A stretch of 64,000 bases of DNA. Source: an uncultured Actinomycetota bacterium (lineage in GTDB: Bacteria; Actinomycetota; Actinomycetes; Propionibacteriales; Nocardioidaceae). Every line of letters starts with the position of its first letter. Positions within the stretch are counted from its first letter, which is position 1. The stretch lies in assembly GCA_963750445.1 (NCBI GenBank), contig CAVVQR010000017.1, forward strand, positions 116,016-180,015, read 5' to 3'. Made by a program: the position numbers and the translations under genes. Under the pieces are notes generated by a model that had not been told where the DNA came from, did not search any database, and was given only the letters and a program-made list of their open reading frames with translations. This document shows positions 58,691 through 64,000 of this stretch, piece by piece.

Positions 58691-61026
58691 CCCTGCCCTC
58701 GCCGACCGACGCTCCCGAGGTGTGGTGCGACCCGACCGCCGACATCGCCGACCGGGTCGAGGACCTGGTGGGGCGGATGACCCTCGGGGAGAAGGTCGCG
58801 CAGCTGTCGGGGGTCTGGCTGCTCGCCGCCGACGCCGGCGAGATGGCTCCGATGCTCCACGAATCGGCCCCGGAGCTCTCCTGGGACGACATCATCGCCG
58901 ACGGCCTGGGACAGCTGACCCGTCCGTTCGGGACCTCGCCCGTCGCGGTCGAGGACGGGCTGCTGACGCTGGCCGAGCGACAGGCCCAGGTCCGCGCCGC
59001 CAACAGGTTCGGCATCCCGGCGCAGGTGCACGAGGAGTGCCTCACCGGGCTCAACGCCTGGGGCGCGACCATCTATCCCACGCCGGTCAGCTGGGCCGCG
59101 TCGTTCGACCCCGACCTCGTCGAGCGGATGGGTGCGCAGATCGGCGCGCTGATGGCGCGCCTGGGGATCCACCAGGGCCTGGCGCCGGTGCTCGACGTCA
59201 CCCGCGACCTCCGGTGGGGTCGGGTCGAGGAGACGATGGGCGAGGACCCCCTGCTGGTCGGGACGATGGCCTCGGCCTACGTGCGCGGCCTGCAGTCCGG
59301 CGGGGTCGTGGCGACCCTGAAGCACTTCCTCGGCTACTCCGCGTCCCGAGGGGGCCGCAACCTGGCCCCGGTCGGCATGGGCGCCCGGGAGGTCCACGAC
59401 GTCATGCTCCCGCCGTTCGAGATGGCGCTGCGCGCCGGCGCGCGCTCGGTGATGAACGCCTACACCGACATCGACGGCATCCCCTCGGCGGCGGACGCCC
59501 ACCTGCTCACCACGCTGCTGCGCGAGACCCTCGGCTTCGAGGGCACGGTCGCCGCCGACTACTTCTCGGTGGCGTTCCTCCACTCCCTGCACCGGATGGC
59601 TGCCGACCTGGGGGAGGCCGCCGGTCTCGCCCTGGAGGCGGGGATCGACGTCGAGCTGCCGACGGTCGACGCCTACGGCGCTCCGCTCCTCGAGGCACTC
59701 GCCGCCGGACGCGTCGACGAGAAGGTCGTCGACCGCGCACTGCGCCGGGTGCTGACCCAGAAGTGCGAGCTCGGCCTGCTCGACCCCGACTGGGCGCCGG
59801 TCGCGGCGGAGGCGGTCGACCTCGACCCGCCGGAGGCGCGGGCGCTCGCGCTCGACCTGGCGCGGCGGTCCGTGGTGCTCCTGGCCAACGACGGCGCGCT
59901 TCCCGCTCCCGGCCGGCAGCCGGGTCGCGCTGGTCGGGCCCAACGCCGACACCGGCGAGGCGATGCTCGGGTGCTACTCGTTCCCGATGCACGTGCTGCC
60001 GCACCATGCCGGCATCGAGCAGGGTCTGGAGATCCCCACGCTCCGAGAGGCGTTGGCGGCGTCCTACGACGTGGTGCACGAGCGTGGCTGCGCCGTGGGC
60101 GTGCCGGGCCGGCCGGAGGACGAGGCGGCGGACCCCGAGGCGGCCCTCGAGGCGGCAGTCGCCGCAGCGCGCGGTGCCGACGTGTGCGTGGCGGTGCTGG
60201 GCGACCGCGCGGGCCTCTTCGGCAACGGCACCTCGGGAGAGGGCTGCGACGCGGCGGACCTGCACCTGCCCGGGCGACAGGAGGAGCTGCTGGAGCGGCT
60301 GCTCGACACGGGCACCCCGGTGGTCGCCGTGCTGCTCGTGGGCCGTCCCTACGACCTGAGCGCCTTCGCCGACCGGCTCGCGGCCGTCGTGTGCGGCTTC
60401 TTCCTGGGCGAGGAGGGCGCGACGGCGGTGGCCGAGGTCCTCTCCGGTCGCACCAACCCGTCCGGTCGACTGCCCGTCAGCTTCCCCTCCGCCGGCTCGG
60501 CGCAGCCCTCGACCTACCTCGGCTCGCCGCTGGCCCACCGCAGCGAGGTCACCAGCCTCGACCCGACCCCGCTCTACCCGTTCGGGCACGGCCTGGGCTA
60601 TGCCCGGGCGACCTGGACGAGCGTCGAGCTGGTCTCCGGCCCGACGCTGGCCCACCGACGGCGAGGCCGAGGTGTGCGTCGAGCTGGCCAACGACGCGGA
60701 CCGGGACGTCTCGGAGGTGGTGCAGGTCTACCTCCACGACTGCGCGGCGTCGGTGGTACGCCCGGTGCAACGACTCGTCGCTGCGGTCAGGGTCGACCTG
60801 GCTCCCGGCACGCGTCGGCGCGTCACGACTCCGGCTGCACGCCGACCTGACCTCGTTCACCGGGCGCGACCACGTCCGGATCGTCGAGCCCGGCGCAGTC
60901 GAGCTGAGGGTCGGCCGCTCGAGCGCCGACCACGAGGCCGTGCTGGGGCTGACGCTCGCGGGTTCCGAGCGTCACGTCGGCCCCGACCGCGTCCTCGAAC
61001 CGGTCGTCGTCCTCGCGGCACCGTGA
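58687..61026 (+). CDS. GH3 beta-xylosidase/beta-glucosidase (frameshifts near 59905, 60650, 60830)
   Basis: MTLGEKVAQL, HEECL, RWGRVEETMGEDP, KHF, ADYF, TSGEGCD, NPSGRLPVSFP, YPFGHGL, EVVQVY. Confidence 0.9.
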   Translation: MTLPSPTDAPEVWCDPTADIADRVEDLVGRMTLGEKVAQLSGVWLLAADAGEMAPMLHESAPELSWDDIIADGLGQLTRPFGTSPVAVEDGLLTLAERQAQVRAANRFGIPAQVHEECLTGLNAWGATIYPTPVSWAASFDPDLVERMGAQIGALMARLGIHQGLAPVLDVTRDLRWGRVEETMGEDPLLVGTMASAYVRGLQSGGVVATLKHFLGYSASRGGRNLAPVGMGAREVHDVMLPPFEMALRAGARSVMNAYTDIDGIPSAADAHLLTTLLRETLGFEGTVAADYFSVAFLHSLHRMAADLGEAAGLALEAGIDVELPTVDAYGAPLLEALAAGRVDEKVVDRALRRVLTQKCELGLLDPDWAPVAAEAVDLDPPEARALALDLARRSVVLLANDGALPAPGRQPGRAGRAQRRHRRGDARVLLVPDARAAAPCRHRAGSGDPHAPRGVGGVLRRGARAWLRRGRAGPAGGRGGGPRGGPRGGSRRSARCRRVRGGAGRPRGPLRQRHLGRGLRRGGPAPARATGGAAGAAARHGHPGGRRAARGPSLRPERLRRPARGRRVRLLPGRGGRDGGGRGPLRSHQPVRSTARQLPLRRLGAALDLPRLAAGPPQRGHQPRPDPALPVRARPGLCPGDLDERRAGLRPDAGPPTARPRCASSWPTTRTGTSRRWCRSTSTTARRRWYARCNDSSLRSGSTWLPARVGASRLRLHADLTSFTGRDHVRIVEPGAVELRVGRSSADHEAVLGLTLAGSERHVGPDRVLEPVVVLAAP

Positions 61027-61685
61027 GCCGTGGCTTCGTGCCGGGCGGAGCCGTCGACCCGGTCGCGACTCCCGTCGAGGGGGCCCGCGGCTCGGGCCGT
61101 GTCGCGGCGCTGACCTTCGACGACGGTCCCGACCCGCGTCAGACCGGACGCCTGCTCGACGTCCTCGCCGAGCACGGCGTCACCGCCACCTTCTGCGTGG
61201 TCGGGCAGAACATCCTGGCCCCGGGCGGCGCAGGGCTCCTGCGGCGCATCGTCGCCGAGGGACACACCGTGGCCAACCACTCGATCGACTACGACGACCT
61301 GGGCTCGGCGACGGAGGCGGAGGTCGGGACCGCGCTCACCGACACCCTCCGCATCATCCGCGCGCCTGGGCGACCCGAGGCCCGGTGCCCTACTTCCGTG
61401 CGCCCAACGGCACCGTCGGCCGCACCGGTCCGGTGGCCGTGCGCTCGGCATGCAGCCGCTCGGGCTGGGCAACGTGATCCACGACTGGGACGGCAACCCC
61501 GATCGCAGCGTGGCCGCGCTGTCCGAGCGCCTGCGCGCCGCCATCGCGCCGGGCGCGATCGCCCTGGCGCACGACGGAGGTGGGGAGCGAGGGACTACCG
61601 TCGACGCCGTGGCGGCCGTGGTCCCCGAGAAGCTCGCTGCCGGCTTCACCTTCACCCTGCCGCGCGGCGGCACAGAGGAGCCCCG

Positions 61686-61689
<4 letters not shown>
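61023..61689 (+). CDS. Polysaccharide deacetylase, CE4/NodB (frameshifted)
   Basis: ALTFDDGP, ATFCVVG, EGHTVANHS, YFRAP, LAHDGGG. Confidence 0.85.
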
Positions 61690-62963
<1,274 letters not shown>

Positions 62964-63018
62964 CGGTGCGGCTCGCCCGCCACTGACGGCTGTCGGTCCC
63001 CGGCGCCACACTGGGTGC

Positions 63019-63943
63019 ATGAGGACTCGGGAGCACGACGGGCAGGTGCTGCCGCAGGCCCGCCGCTTCTACGACGGCGGCACGCTTGCCCAGCGACGGC
63101 GACCCGGGCGAGCAGCCCGACCCCGGTGCCGACCCGCGCATCGTCCTCGAGCGGCACGCCGAGGAGGGCGTCGAGCTGTTCGAGCTCGAGCGGCGGATCG
63201 GCTACCTCGACCGCCACCTCGGTGAGCTGCTGGTCCCGGCGGACGCCGAGTTCCGCACCGACCTGACGTCGGTCCCGGCGCTCTTCACCTGGCTGGTGCC
63301 CAAGACCGGCGCGCACCTGCCGGCCGCGCTGCTCCACGACGCGCTCGTCGCCGGTCGCGACGACCCGACGTCCTACGTCTCCACCGACGGGCACGTCGTC
63401 GACCGGGTGTCGGCGGACCGCATCTTCCGCGACGCGATGGCCGACACCGGCACCGGTGTCATCCGGCGCTGGATCGTGTGGACCGCCGTCACCGTGGCGA
63501 CGATCTTCGTGGGCCGGGCGGTGCCGTGGTCGCGGGCCCGGCACTGGTCCTACCGGTTCGCGGCCGGGGTGACGATCGCGGCGATCCTCTACCTCGGCTA
63601 CTCCTCGACCAGCGACCTGTTCGACCGGTCGTGGGTCGGCGCCGTCGACGTGCCGTGGATGGGAGATCGGCCGTTCGTCGTCGAGCTCGTCGGTGGCCTG
63701 TCCGGCGCGATCGTGGTGCCGCTGGCGCTGAGCCTGCTGTGGGGGCGGTTGCGGATGGCGGGAGCCATCGCCGGGGTGATGCTGGCGGTGCTGCTGCACG
63801 TCACCGTCGGGCTGGCGGTCATCGGTGCGACCTACGTGGCGCTCGAGCGGCTGGCCCGGCGCTCGCCGGCCCTGGCCTGGGCGCTGGCGGCCGCGGTGGT
63901 GGTCGGCTCGCTGGTCACCTTCGCGGTGATCACCCTCGGCTGA
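63019..63943 (+). CDS. DUF1353 domain membrane protein (frameshift near 63085)
   Basis: FRTDLTSVP..FTWL, AALLHDAL, ADRIFRDAM, followed by TM helices. Confidence 0.78.
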
Positions 63944-64000
63944 CACCGATCTCGGCGAGCCACCGCCCGGCGAAGGTGTCGCGCAGGCAGGTCCTGCGTG

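Noticed and set aside
63930-64000. C-terminus of a minus-strand gene (..CLRDTFAGRWLAEIGVSRG*)
   Set aside because: Too short to assign a frame or product with confidence

Overview
High-GC actinobacterial chromosome segment. Gene order (msrA-metB-ilvA-greA-DUF4307-mca), many apparently leaderless genes and the repeat types suggest Nocardioidaceae (inference). Main blocks: a DosR/OsdR-box-controlled pair (pyridoxamine-oxidase-like gene and DosS-like kinase); an AAA+ ATPase/GNAT/VWA operon; a phosphatidylcholine-synthase-like gene; a stress/signalling island (heme-oxygenase-like diiron enzyme + CDGSH protein, two ANTAR proteins, a degenerate sigma-like gene, a MerR stub, GT4-GT2-WcbI); housekeeping genes with an orphan glmL; an MMPL transporter; a very large secreted multidomain glyco-enzyme; and three sugar loci (GH36/GH42 galactoside ABC; GlcNAc PTS with DasR-like regulator and dre sites; GH3/CE4/alditol oxidase ABC with LacI). 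Many genes carry single-base frameshifts, most likely sequencing or assembly indels. The best leads are non-coding or cryptic: a multi-branched candidate sRNA at ~8320-8490, a REP-like motif family found both as a tandem array and as in-frame insertions in two proteins, a leaderless 25-aa ORF coupled to the diiron enzyme, and a structured greA leader. No rRNA, tRNA, CRISPR array, transposase or integrase was seen. All family assignments come from motif recognition by eye, not database searches.
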